Source: an uncultured Candidatus Berkelbacteria bacterium
GTDB lineage: Bacteria > Patescibacteriota > UBA1384 > CAJBMM01
Direction of reading: 5' to 3'
NCBI GenBank assembly: GCA_903954185.1
Contig: CAJBMM010000017.1
Span: 1-58,405, forward strand
DNA: 58,405 nt
Numbering within the stretch: the first letter of the stretch is position 1; each line of letters begins with the position of its first letter. The position numbers were made by a program, and so were the translations under genes. The notes beneath the pieces are model-generated. The model was not told the DNA's origin. It saw nothing but the letters and a program-made list of their open reading frames with translations, and ran no database searches. Shown here piece after piece: positions 30,931-40,613 of the stretch.

Positions 30931-32208
30931 CTATGTTCCTTCTTGCCAGCTAGAAAGATAGGCAATTTGATCCGAGGTTAAGTTGTCTTTTGTTAACCCC
31001 ATTGCTGTCATCTGAAGTGCTGCAATATCATGGTCAACATCGGTAGGAAGCGAAATAACTGCAGCAGGAAGATTGCCTTTATGCTTTACTCCGTATTCAA
31101 CAGCCAACGCTTGACCGCAAAATGATAAACTCATTACTTCTGAAGGATGGCCCTCTGCAGCTGCAAGGTTAACTAATCTTCCTTCTGCAAGCAATGCAAT
31201 TTTTTTACCATTATCAAGCTCAAACTGCTCCATAAAAGGACGTACTTTAACGCGTTTCTTTGCCATTTTATAAAGGCCGGCTGTATCAATCTCAATATCA
31301 AAATGGCCTGAGTTACACATAATGGCACCATTTTTCATTAATTTCATTATCTCGGTTGTTATGACATGCTTATCGCCCGTGACTGTCACAAAAACATCAC
31401 CAATGGGGGCACATTCTTTCATTGGCATAGATTCAAAACCGTCCATGCGGGCCTGCAGGGCTTTAACTTCGTCTACCTCTGTAACTGTAACCAATGCGCC
31501 CATGCCACGAGCACACTTGGCAACACCGCGACCGCAATGCCCATAACCAGCTACAACCACTCGTTTACCAGCCAACAATATTGATGTAGCCCGCAATATA
31601 CCGTCAATTGTAGATTGCCCGGTGCCGTAATAGTTATCAAATAAATGTTTTGTCTGATTATCGTTAACAGCAATGACAGTGCATTTTAATGCGCCGTCTT
31701 TTTCCATCGCTCGCAAGCGAATTACACCCGTTGTAGTTTCCTCGGTGCCAACCACTAATTGCGGAATCAAATCGGCATGTTTTTGATGAATAAGTGTCAC
31801 TAAATCACAGCCGTCATCAATGGTTGCGATTCTTTTTCCGCCAGCTAAACCTTTTCTAAGATGCCCCACAATTGCTTCGAGATTGGCATAATACTCCTCA
31901 GTATTTTCACCTTTCCAACCATAAACTTTTACCCCATTTTTTGCTAACGCAGCCGCAACATCATCTTGAGTCGAAAGTGGATTACACCCTGTTATGGCTA
32001 CCTCGGCGCCCCCAGCCTGTAGCGTTTCAACTAAAACTGCGGTTTCTTTTGTAACATGCAAAGCCATACCAATAACAATACCTTTAAGTGGCTTTTCTTT
32101 AAAAAAACGCTCTTGCACTTTTACTAATGCACCCATTTGGCTTTTTGCCCAAGCAATGTTTAATTCACCTTGTGGCGCAAGTTTAATGTCTTTAACATGA
32201 TAATCCAC
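30931..32208 (-). CDS. ahcY: S-adenosylhomocysteine hydrolase
   Basis: CNPLSTQD, DDGCD, GTEETTTG, KHLFDNYYGTG, GRLVNL and GHPSEVM motifs. Confidence 0.97.
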   Translation of the reverse strand: MDYHVKDIKLAPQGELNIAWAKSQMGALVKVQERFFKEKPLKGIVIGMALHVTKETAVLVETLQAGGAEVAITGCNPLSTQDDVAAALAKNGVKVYGWKGENTEEYYANLEAIVGHLRKGLAGGKRIATIDDGCDLVTLIHQKHADLIPQLVVGTEETTTGVIRLRAMEKDGALKCTVIAVNDNQTKHLFDNYYGTGQSTIDGILRATSILLAGKRVVVAGYGHCGRGVAKCARGMGALVTVTEVDEVKALQARMDGFESMPMKECAPIGDVFVTVTGDKHVITTEIMKLMKNGAIMCNSGHFDIEIDTAGLYKMAKKRVKVRPFMEQFELDNGKKIALLAEGRLVNLAAAEGHPSEVMSLSFCGQALAVEYGVKHKGNLPAAVISLPTDVDHDIAALQMTAMGLTKDNLTSDQIAYLSSWQEGT

Positions 32209-32330
32209 GCAAACTCCTTTGTCGTTTAATTTAAAAATTTACAATTATCAATTTACAATAAATGTTTCAATGCAACATTGTGACAATGATAATTCATTGA
32301 AAATTGTTAATTGAAACTTGCAAATTGTCG

Positions 32331-33269
32331 TTAAAACTCTCTTATCTTCTGCAATATCTCGTATCTTTCAGTTACATCTTTGTGCGTTATGTTTTGCAAT
32401 CTCTCCACACTAAAACCCTCTGCACAATATGATGCTACCACGCTACCATAAATTATGGCTTTGCGCATCGTTGCCTGATCTACTGTTTTCTGTTGCGATA
32501 AATAACCCATTAAAGCCCCAGAGAATGAATCCCCAGCACCAGTTGGGTCTACCAAATCTTCTAAAGGATAGCTTGGGGCCGAAAAATAAACGCCTTCACT
32601 AAACATTAAAGAACCATGCTCACCTTTTTTGATAATAACGTATTCTGGTCCTAAATTAAGCAACTCTCTACCAGCAGATATTAAATTAGGCAGTCCAGTG
32701 AATTGTCTTGCTTCTGCGTCATTTAACACAAGCGCGTTAACCTTGCTAATCACTGTTAAAAGCTCATCTTTATTGGTCGATATCCAATAGTTCATTGTAT
32801 CAAGCAATACAAATGGACGATTTTTCATATGCAAAATTACTTCAAGCTGTAGGCAAGGATCGATGTTGGCTAGAAACAAATATTTAGCATTTTGATAACT
32901 ATCTGGCACTTTTGGACGGAATTCGGCCAGTGAGTTAAGTTCGGTTTTAAGAGTTTTTGCCGAATTCATATCAAATTCATAGCTTCCATACCAACGAAAC
33001 GTCTTTTCCGCAATGGTAACACCCACTAAATCAATCGATTTGTTTTGATATGTTTTTAAGAATTCCTTGGGAAAATCTTGCCCCATTACGCTAATAAGAC
33101 CAGGATTAGTGAATAATGAGGCAGCTATAGCAGAGTAAGATCCACTTCCACCAAGTACGCCCATCCGCTTACCAAAAGGTGTCTCTAAATCGTCTAAACC
33201 AATGGTACCGATGATGACCAAGCTAGGTTGTGGGTTGTAGGTTGTAGGTTGTAGAAGCTTATGATTCAT
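32331..33269 (-). CDS. PfkB-family kinase, probably adenosine kinase
   Basis: LGGSGSY, DTMNYWI, KKGEHG and DPTGAGDSF motifs; lies between metK and ahcY. Confidence 0.85.
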   Translation of the reverse strand: MNHKLLQPTTYNPQPSLVIIGTIGLDDLETPFGKRMGVLGGSGSYSAIAASLFTNPGLISVMGQDFPKEFLKTYQNKSIDLVGVTIAEKTFRWYGSYEFDMNSAKTLKTELNSLAEFRPKVPDSYQNAKYLFLANIDPCLQLEVILHMKNRPFVLLDTMNYWISTNKDELLTVISKVNALVLNDAEARQFTGLPNLISAGRELLNLGPEYVIIKKGEHGSLMFSEGVYFSAPSYPLEDLVDPTGAGDSFSGALMGYLSQQKTVDQATMRKAIIYGSVVASYCAEGFSVERLQNITHKDVTERYEILQKIREF

Positions 33270-33350
33270 ATTTTTTCTTTTAATTGTTTGATCGACGGTA
33301 GTTGGTAAAGGTAACAAGGAGAGGGAATCTGTTCACTGTTCTCACACATC

Positions 33351-33376
33351 GGGCAGACACTTGGGTCTGCCCCTAC
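33351..33376 (-). repeat. GTAG-type REP palindrome
   Basis: Minus strand GTAG-GGGCAGAC-CCAAGT-GTCTGCCC. Confidence 0.75.
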
Positions 33377-33409
33377 GACCTCACCTAAAAGCTATAAGCT
33401 CTGCCCTAT

Positions 33410-34390
33410 CTAGTCCCATTTAAATCCATGGCCAAAATGCCCCCAAGCAGCGGTTTGTAAATATTGGGGCTTACGTAAGTCTAAAAATTCAATAATAGCT
33501 TTTGGTCGCAAGTCGTACTTCTTTTCTTTTAAAATGTTGACCTCGGTTACCTCATCTACACCTTTGGCTTTTAAGTGTGCGGTAGCCATAACAGGCTCGG
33601 CAACCCCAATTGAATAGGCAATTTTTACTGTGGCCTCATCGTACCCATCGCGCACAAAGTCGCAAGCTACTCTACGTGCCATGTAAGCAGCGCTTCTATC
33701 TACTTTTGATGGATCTTTACCAGAATAACAGCCACCACCAATAGTAACTTGTGGGCCGTAGTTATCAACAATTAATTTACGCCCAGTTAAGCCTGTATCA
33801 GCAGTAAACCCACCAAGCACAAACGCACCAGTTGGATTAACAAAGATATTTTTAGCCTTGTATTTTGCTGCTAATGCCTTTAGGGGTTCAAAACTTTGGC
33901 CTTCTTTGTGTTGAGCCGAAATAACAATAGTTTCGACATCGCCTTGATCATCTAAAGTAACTTGAGACTTTGCATCTGGTCCAAATTCCTTTGGCAAATT
34001 CTTTAATATTTCGCGTGCTAAATGTAATTCTTGTGGAATCATCGATTTATTGGCGCTAGTAGCATAGCCAACCATAATCCCCTGGTCGCCTGCCCCACCC
34101 GTGTCTACACCTTGTGAAATATCTGGGCTTTGGCTAACTACATTTACAATTACGCCCACTTCATCTGTATATCCAATTTGGCGATATACGTCTCTAGCTA
34201 CAGCATTCATATTTACGTATGCTTTTGTGGTCAGTTCGCCAGTAATAGCAATAACTCCATGTCCACCCATAGTCTCAATGGCAACACGCGATTTTGGATC
34301 TTGTCTTAAACATTCATCTAATATCGCATCGGATATTTGGTCACACACTTTATCTGGATGCCCCGGTGCAACACATTCTGCTGTTTTCAT
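33410..34390 (-). CDS. metK: S-adenosylmethionine synthetase (compact form, ~326 aa)
   Basis: GHPDKVCDQISD, GAGDQG, DAKSQVT, DTGLTGRK and GGGCYSGKDPSKVDRS motifs; SD GGAGG. Confidence 0.97.
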   Translation of the reverse strand: MKTAECVAPGHPDKVCDQISDAILDECLRQDPKSRVAIETMGGHGVIAITGELTTKAYVNMNAVARDVYRQIGYTDEVGVIVNVVSQSPDISQGVDTGGAGDQGIMVGYATSANKSMIPQELHLAREILKNLPKEFGPDAKSQVTLDDQGDVETIVISAQHKEGQSFEPLKALAAKYKAKNIFVNPTGAFVLGGFTADTGLTGRKLIVDNYGPQVTIGGGCYSGKDPSKVDRSAAYMARRVACDFVRDGYDEATVKIAYSIGVAEPVMATAHLKAKGVDEVTEVNILKEKKYDLRPKAIIEFLDLRKPQYLQTAAWGHFGHGFKWD

Positions 34391-34407
34391 AAAACCTCCA
34401 CTCATAT

Positions 34408-34475
34408 TGTCATCTCGAGTGCGGCGAAACGCTTTAGCGTCTCATATGCCCCGCTTAGCGGGACGAGAGATCCCG
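34408..34475. repeat. TGTCAT-family REP-like element inside the metK leader
   Basis: TGTCATCTCGAG...GAGAGATCCC with internal mini-hairpins. Same family as 18231, 5422, 22393 and 23670. Confidence 0.6.
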
Positions 34476-34516
34476 CCATTTTCAAGATAAACATTGTATT
34501 TAACATATTATTTCAA

Positions 34517-34551
34517 ATAAAAAACTCTCCAAACAATATAGAAGAGCTTTC
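34517..34551 (-). terminator. Riboswitch-associated intrinsic terminator
   Basis: Minus strand AAAGCTCTTC-tatattgttt-GGAGAGTTTTTT. Confidence 0.7.
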
Positions 34552-34555
34552 TTTT

Positions 34556-34702
34556 GTCCCGCCTAGGCGGGACCGCATTGCCCTGTACTAGTCGCTATCG
34601 CTCTAGTGCAAGACGAGCACCGCAGTTTCACGGTTGCTGGAACGCTAAGCGTTCCAATCACCACGCTCAGCGTGGTGCCGCCTAGACATTCTCTCTTCAT
34701 GC
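34556..34702 (-). promoter_or_regulatory. SAM riboswitch (SAM-I/IV-type aptamer)
   Basis: GCATGAAGAG...CAGCAACC...GGTGCT...CAATGC core, then a P5-like hairpin GTCCCGCC-TA-GGCGGGAC; upstream of metK. Confidence 0.85.
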
Positions 34703-34807
34703 TTGTCTTATCTTTATTAAAGCAAATTAAAATTTATTTTTCAACTGTCTATTTATTCTTTTTACTTAGTTTGCTAGCGTATAAGATGAAATTACGAAAG
34801 GATATCT

Positions 34808-35758
34808 ATGCCTAAAATATTGGTTACGGGCGCTTTTGGACAAATTGGCTCTGAACTAGTTAATTCTTTGCAAAATAAATTCGGCACAGATAGTGTAATT
34901 GCGACCGACATACACCTACCTAAAAATTTTGTGGGAAATGCAGAAATTTTAGATGTTTGTGACGCAGAAAAATATCGGCAATTCGTGGTTGATAACAAAA
35001 TTGATACAATTTATCATCTTGCGTCATTACTCTCGGTTGGAGGAGAGGCAAATCCAGATTTGGCGTGGACACTTAATTTAGGCAGCCTTAAAACAATGTT
35101 AGATATTGCACGCGATCATAAAATTAAATGCTTTTGGCCAAGTTCTATCGCTGCATTCGGCAAAACATCACTTTACGACCCAACACCACAGCATAATATT
35201 CTTGAACCAACTACAATTTATGGCGTCACCAAGGTGGCAGGTGAATTACTTTGTCAGTACTATTTTCTTAAATATGGTGTAGATGTGCGTAGTGTACGTT
35301 ATCCTGGAATTATCCAATATAAAGGCGATGTGGGAAATGGTACAACCGAATACGCTATCGCCATTTTTTACGATGCACTTAAAACTGGGAAGTTTGAATG
35401 TTTTCTTAAACCTGATGCAAAATTACCGATGATGTTTATAGATGATGCAATAGCGGCTACGATTGGCATTATGGAGGCAAGTGCCGATGCTATAGAAATC
35501 AGAACTAGCTACAATTTATCCGCAATAAGTTTTAGCCCAGAAAAGCTTGTTCAAGAAATACGCAAAAATATCGCGCTTAAGGTAAAATACAAGCCAGATC
35601 ACCACCAAACGATAGCCGATACTTGGCCAAAGACAATTGACGATTCTGAAGCACGTAAAGATTGGGGCTGGAAAAATACCGTGGATTTACCCAAATTGGT
35701 TAATATCATGCTTAAAGAGGTAAGTGAGAAAATTGGAGTTAATGATGGCAAGAAATGA
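34808..35758 (+). CDS. SDR-type L-threonine 3-dehydrogenase
   Basis: GAFGQIG, LLSVGGE, WPSSIAAFG, YGVTK, RYPG and GTTEYA motifs; adjacent to kbl. Confidence 0.9.
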   Translation: MPKILVTGAFGQIGSELVNSLQNKFGTDSVIATDIHLPKNFVGNAEILDVCDAEKYRQFVVDNKIDTIYHLASLLSVGGEANPDLAWTLNLGSLKTMLDIARDHKIKCFWPSSIAAFGKTSLYDPTPQHNILEPTTIYGVTKVAGELLCQYYFLKYGVDVRSVRYPGIIQYKGDVGNGTTEYAIAIFYDALKTGKFECFLKPDAKLPMMFIDDAIAATIGIMEASADAIEIRTSYNLSAISFSPEKLVQEIRKNIALKVKYKPDHHQTIADTWPKTIDDSEARKDWGWKNTVDLPKLVNIMLKEVSEKIGVNDGKK

Positions 35759-36989
35759 ATTTTTAGATTTGCTGAAGAGTGAGATTAAGAGGATTGACGA
35801 TTCGCATACTGCTAAACGCGGCGAAATGATAATTGATGGCTATACCAGCGACGCTAATCCAAAAGCTATCATTGGTAGTAAAAAATACACCGTCTTTAAC
35901 TCAAACGATTATTTGGGCTTGCGTCATCACCCTAAATTAAAACAAACTGAAGCCGAGGCAAGCGAAAAATTTGGCACAGGGCCTGGGGCAGTACGATTTA
36001 TTTCTGGTACTCTGCGAGTACATAAAGAGCTTGAGAGTGAGATTGCCAAATTTCACAGCCGAGACGATGCGATCGTATTTTCGAGCGCCTTTGCTGCCAA
36101 TTTAGCTACCCTATTTTGCCTCACAAAGGGGCAAAGTAAAGTTAGTTTGGTCAATTCAGATGTACTAGTAGTATCTGACGAGCTAAACCATCGCAGTATT
36201 ATAGACGGCATAAGGTTAGCTAACTTAGCACCCGAACAAAAAGCTATCTTTAAACACTTAAATTATGGCGACCTTGACCGTGTCCTTTCAGAGAATGTTG
36301 GCAAATTTGCCCGCGTTGTTTTAGTGACCGATGGCGTTTTTAGTATGCTCGGAGAGCTACAAAATATCGCCAAAATTAATACTATTATCAAAAAATATGA
36401 TGCCAAATATTCGCAAGGCATTTTGCTTGTAGTAGACGATTGTCACGGCGTTGGTGCATGTGGCAAAACAGGCCGTGGTTGTGAAGAGATATTTAATTCC
36501 AAAGCCGATTTGTTAATTGGCACGCTAGGTAAAGCATTCGGGGCAGATGGTGGTTATGTCACCGGCAGTCAAGTTCTCATAGACTATTTAAGAGAATCGG
36601 CCGCTACCTATATATACTCAAATTCCATTTCTCCAGGCACCGCTGGTGCGGCACTAGCAGCCATTACTTTGTTAAAACATACCGAAGGAAAAGCGTTATT
36701 GAAAAAACTTGAAGAGAATGTGACCTACTTTAAAGAAAAAGTTAAAGTGGCTCATTTAGAGTTAGCTGCCGATTCCGCCCACCCTATTCAACCCTTGTTA
36801 ATTGGCGATGGCGAACGAACTAAAAAGTTAAAGTCTGCTATGTTTAAAGAAGGATTTTTAATTACCAATATCAATTATCCGATAGTGCCACAAAAACGAG
36901 ACGAGATAAGAGTGCAAATTAGCGCCACACACACTTTTGAAGAGATAGATTTGTTGGTAAAGTACTTTAAGACACAATTTGGCAAATAA
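35742..36989 (+). CDS. kbl: Glycine C-acetyltransferase (2-amino-3-ketobutyrate CoA ligase)
   Basis: SNDYLGL, AVRFISGT, SDELNHRSIIDG, TDGVFSM, DDCHG and GTLGKA (PLP Lys) motifs. Confidence 0.88.
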   Translation: MMARNEFLDLLKSEIKRIDDSHTAKRGEMIIDGYTSDANPKAIIGSKKYTVFNSNDYLGLRHHPKLKQTEAEASEKFGTGPGAVRFISGTLRVHKELESEIAKFHSRDDAIVFSSAFAANLATLFCLTKGQSKVSLVNSDVLVVSDELNHRSIIDGIRLANLAPEQKAIFKHLNYGDLDRVLSENVGKFARVVLVTDGVFSMLGELQNIAKINTIIKKYDAKYSQGILLVVDDCHGVGACGKTGRGCEEIFNSKADLLIGTLGKAFGADGGYVTGSQVLIDYLRESAATYIYSNSISPGTAGAALAAITLLKHTEGKALLKKLEENVTYFKEKVKVAHLELAADSAHPIQPLLIGDGERTKKLKSAMFKEGFLITNINYPIVPQKRDEIRVQISATHTFEEIDLLVKYFKTQFGK

Positions 36990-37084
36990 CCCACATTGCT
37001 TTTTGTGCTGTTCAAGTGATATAAATAGAGTAGCTATATCGAATTTCGATTTATTTTTTTGTTTGCAAAGGATAAACTATAGAG

Positions 37085-37909
37085 ATGAATAAGACATACC
37101 AAATACTTCCCCCAAAAGGGCTTGTGAGAATTGATCTTGGTGAATTGTGGCGTTTTCGCGAACTTTTCTTTGTTTTTGTATGGAGGGATTTTAAAGTACG
37201 ATACAAACAAACTGCTCTAGGTATTTTATGGGCAATTTTTCAACCGTTTGTAACCATGTTAATATTTAGTATATTTTTTGGAAAATTAGCTCAACTACCA
37301 TCCGACGATATACCCTATCCGATTTTTGTTTATTCTGGGCTGCTATTTTGGAACTATTTTGTCTCTGCGCTATCCAATGCCAGCAATTCATTAGTAGATA
37401 ATGAAAACATCGTGAAAAAAATCTATTTTCCGAGGTTAATCTTACCCATAAGCACCCTTGTCACTCCAATTATCGATTTTGTATGTGCATTCGTAGTACT
37501 ACTTGGAATAATGCTTTACTACCACTACACTCCATCTGTTTTAGGAATCGCACTAATTCCAATATTATTATTATTTTCTTTGTTGTCCGCTAGTGGACTT
37601 GGTGTACTATTTGCATCTGTGAACGTAAAATTCCGAGATATACGTTTTATATTACCGTTCTTTATACAGCTACTACTTTTTCTTACACCCGTTATCTATC
37701 CAATAAGTTTAATCCCGCAACCATACCAATGGATTCTGTATATTAATCCCATGTCATCCGTAATTACAGTTGCTCGATCATTTCTTATTGGTGGAGCATC
37801 TGTTCAACCAAGCTTAATAATGCTTTCCGTGGCGGTAACCGCGATTTTTGTATTTGTGGGTATTATTTACTTTAGATCAACCGAGCGATTAATTACCGAC
37901 GCACTGTGA
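37085..37909 (+). CDS. wzm: Polysaccharide ABC exporter permease
   Basis: RDFKVRYKQTALG, KIYFPR, FRD, TPVIYP and INPM motifs. Confidence 0.92.
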   Translation: MNKTYQILPPKGLVRIDLGELWRFRELFFVFVWRDFKVRYKQTALGILWAIFQPFVTMLIFSIFFGKLAQLPSDDIPYPIFVYSGLLFWNYFVSALSNASNSLVDNENIVKKIYFPRLILPISTLVTPIIDFVCAFVVLLGIMLYYHYTPSVLGIALIPILLLFSLLSASGLGVLFASVNVKFRDIRFILPFFIQLLLFLTPVIYPISLIPQPYQWILYINPMSSVITVARSFLIGGASVQPSLIMLSVAVTAIFVFVGIIYFRSTERLITDAL

Positions 37910-37915
37910 GGAATC

Positions 37916-39154
37916 ATGTCTTTTGCAATAAAAGCTGAGGGAATAAGTAAAGTATATAAAATTGGAGCATTTAATGCTGGTGGGACTCTTCGGGATTCAA
38001 TTAACGATTTGATGACCTTTAAATGGAAGAAGAGCCCTGTAGAAAACTTTTGGGCGCTCAAAGATATCGATTTCGAGTTGAAAAAGGGTGACGCGCTTGG
38101 GATAATTGGACGAAACGGAGCTGGTAAAAGCACCCTACTTAAAATATTATCACGAACAACTGCTCCAACTAGCGGTTGTATAGACATTAATGGCAGTATA
38201 GCATCCTTACTCGAGGTTGGTACAGGTTTTCACCCCGAACTATCCGGAAGAGAGAATATCTTTTTGAATGGGGCCATTTTAGGAATGAGCCGTAAAGAGA
38301 TAAAAAAGAAGTTTGATGCGATAGTAGATTTCTCCGAAATCGAGAAGTTTCTTGATACACCGGTTAAAAGGTATTCTTCTGGAATGTACGTAAGATTAGC
38401 TTTTGCAGTAGCTGCCCACCTAGAACCAGAGATACTAATTGTTGACGAAGTTTTAGCAGTCGGGGATTTAAACTTCCAAAAAAAATGCCTCGGCAAGATG
38501 AGCGATGTTGGAAAAGAAGGGCGAACAGTTATCTTTGTTAGTCATAATATGAGTGCGGTAAAAGCACTTTGTAATAGAGCGATCTATCTTGAAAATGGTC
38601 GCAAGGAATTTGAGGGGGACGTGCTTACGGCAGTAAGCAAATATCAGGGCAGAACAGATGAAAAACAAGTAGTTAAAATTTATGACAGCTTGGGGCCATC
38701 AACTAAATCGGCACAGATTAGAAAAATTGAGATAGGCGATGCATCAAACGAAGAAAAAACCGAGTTTTCTACAGAAAAACCCCTGGAGATTAAAATTACC
38801 TTTCTGGTGGAAAAAGAAAACGCAAAAATTGGTACTACGGTGTTTCTTAATAATTCAGATGGAGAGATGTTATTCGCGTCACTTTCAAACCACGAAGAGA
38901 AATGGCATGGTAAAAACCGCCCCATTGGAACATATATAAATACCTGTGAAATTCCGCCAAACCTTCTTAGCGATGGAGACTACTCAATCTCCGTGGGACT
39001 TTGGGAAGGTTTTTATGAACAAGGATTTATCGAAAACAATGTAATTAATTTTAGTGTACATGAGGAAGGTTTTATACGAGGTGACGTGCCTTACGATTCG
39101 AGAAGCGGCCTTATTAAACCTTTGCTTAAGTGGCAATCGATAAAGGTGAAATAA
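37916..39154 (+). CDS. wzt: Polysaccharide ABC exporter ATPase with C-terminal Wzt_C domain
   Basis: GRNGAGKST, YSSGM and DEVLAVGD motifs plus a ~170-aa C-terminal extension. Confidence 0.93.
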   Translation: MSFAIKAEGISKVYKIGAFNAGGTLRDSINDLMTFKWKKSPVENFWALKDIDFELKKGDALGIIGRNGAGKSTLLKILSRTTAPTSGCIDINGSIASLLEVGTGFHPELSGRENIFLNGAILGMSRKEIKKKFDAIVDFSEIEKFLDTPVKRYSSGMYVRLAFAVAAHLEPEILIVDEVLAVGDLNFQKKCLGKMSDVGKEGRTVIFVSHNMSAVKALCNRAIYLENGRKEFEGDVLTAVSKYQGRTDEKQVVKIYDSLGPSTKSAQIRKIEIGDASNEEKTEFSTEKPLEIKITFLVEKENAKIGTTVFLNNSDGEMLFASLSNHEEKWHGKNRPIGTYINTCEIPPNLLSDGDYSISVGLWEGFYEQGFIENNVINFSVHEEGFIRGDVPYDSRSGLIKPLLKWQSIKVK

Positions 39155-39909
39155 TGGCAATCAGAATAAAGAAGCATACAAAAACTCGAGTGCTATTTTT
39201 GAGCAACTCCCAGGGAACATCTGCTGGATTAGCTGATGATACATTTTGGAAAAGTTATCCTCATAGAGTTCAAGATCATTTCCCTGAGATTGAATGTGTT
39301 ATCTGGGCTGAATCAGATAATTCCGTAGCCAATATCGATAATCATTTTAATGAGCTCGTGCTGCAACAATACCCAGATATTATTTTTCTTCAATGCGGAA
39401 TTATTGAGGGTTCACTCCGAATATTACCAAGAGGTCTAAAAAATATACTTGCGCTGCTGCCTGGTGGTAAATATATAACCGGAAGTATTCGAAATCGCCG
39501 AAGACAATGGATGAAATTATTAAATATTTTCCGTCTAAAATTTTACGAGCTCGATCTTCACCAATTCGAGTCACATTTGTCCAGTATAATAAAAAAGGTT
39601 AAAGAGAATAATATCGAATTCGGAATATTAGAAATAGCACCCCTATCCCAAGACTTTATAAATAATATGATTCCTGGGAATAATCAGTCTTTGGCTAGAT
39701 ATAATTCAATCTTAGTTAAGGTTGCAAAAAGACACGATGTTAAATTAATTAATTCAATCGAAAACAACCACAATGCTTCACTTAACGACTTGTATATAAA
39801 AAATACTGTTCATTTTTCAGTTGAAGGCCATGAATTGATTGCAAAAAATATTATTAACTTCATCAACTCATCAACTAAGTTTTTAATCAATCACAAAACG
39901 AAAGGATAA
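39154..39909 (+). CDS. SGNH/GDSL-like hydrolase or acyltransferase
   Basis: LSNSQ (block I), PDIIFLQCG (block III) and TVHFSVEGH (block V). Confidence 0.65.
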   Translation: MAIRIKKHTKTRVLFLSNSQGTSAGLADDTFWKSYPHRVQDHFPEIECVIWAESDNSVANIDNHFNELVLQQYPDIIFLQCGIIEGSLRILPRGLKNILALLPGGKYITGSIRNRRRQWMKLLNIFRLKFYELDLHQFESHLSSIIKKVKENNIEFGILEIAPLSQDFINNMIPGNNQSLARYNSILVKVAKRHDVKLINSIENNHNASLNDLYIKNTVHFSVEGHELIAKNIINFINSSTKFLINHKTKG

Positions 39910-39910
39910 A

Positions 39911-40600
39911 GTGAAACAAGATTACGAAAAAATGTTTTGGAAATCATATTCCGAGAATCACTTTTGGAAATTAAACGATAAAACAAAAGTCAAAGAAAAC
40001 AGTATATATTACGATGCAATCTATAACTCTCTGCTGCCCGAAAAGAAATCCACAAAGATCTTAGACGTTGGCTCTGGCGGCGGACACTTTTTAGCTTATT
40101 TAAAAAGGAGAGGTTATAAAAACATTGAGGGAGTAGACCTTTCCCCCGGCTTAGTTGAATTTGTGAAAAAGGAAATACATCCTAAAGTTACCAATGAAGA
40201 TGCCCTGTCGTTCTTAGAGAAGCACAATAACGAATACGATATTTTGGTGGCAAACGATATTATTGAGCACCTGCACAAAGATCGAATCATTGAATTTTTA
40301 TTTCTTTGCTTCGAAGCCCTTAAAAAAGAAGGTACACTATATTTAAAAACGCCAAACATGGGAAATTTCTTTGCCCCAAGGAATCGCTATGTAGATTTTA
40401 CTCATTCAACAGGGTTTACCGAATATAGTTTGCGTCAAGTATGTGCTGCAGTTGGTTTTAAAGAAGTAGAAGTTATCGCAGAGAATCACACTAAGAAAGA
40501 ACCGAGGATTTACAAATGGATTCGAAAACTTTATAAGCTTACTGGTCAAGATGCCCCTTCAATTCTTGATGTAAACTTATTGGCAATATGTAAAAAATAA
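39911..40600 (+). CDS. Class I SAM-dependent methyltransferase
   Basis: ILDVGSGGG, DIIEHL, TPN and YVDFTH motifs. Confidence 0.9.
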   Translation: MKQDYEKMFWKSYSENHFWKLNDKTKVKENSIYYDAIYNSLLPEKKSTKILDVGSGGGHFLAYLKRRGYKNIEGVDLSPGLVEFVKKEIHPKVTNEDALSFLEKHNNEYDILVANDIIEHLHKDRIIEFLFLCFEALKKEGTLYLKTPNMGNFFAPRNRYVDFTHSTGFTEYSLRQVCAAVGFKEVEVIAENHTKKEPRIYKWIRKLYKLTGQDAPSILDVNLLAICKK

Positions 40601-40613
40601 TTAAGGAATTTAC

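Noticed and set aside
33270..33317. Longer N-terminal starts given by the ORF track for several genes (PfkB kinase, groES, metK, kbl, ligases)
   Set aside because: Downstream starts fit SD position, gene overlaps or family N-termini better.
34337..34815. Short + strand ORFs over the metK leader
   Set aside because: They overlap the riboswitch and metK in antisense and have no coding signature.
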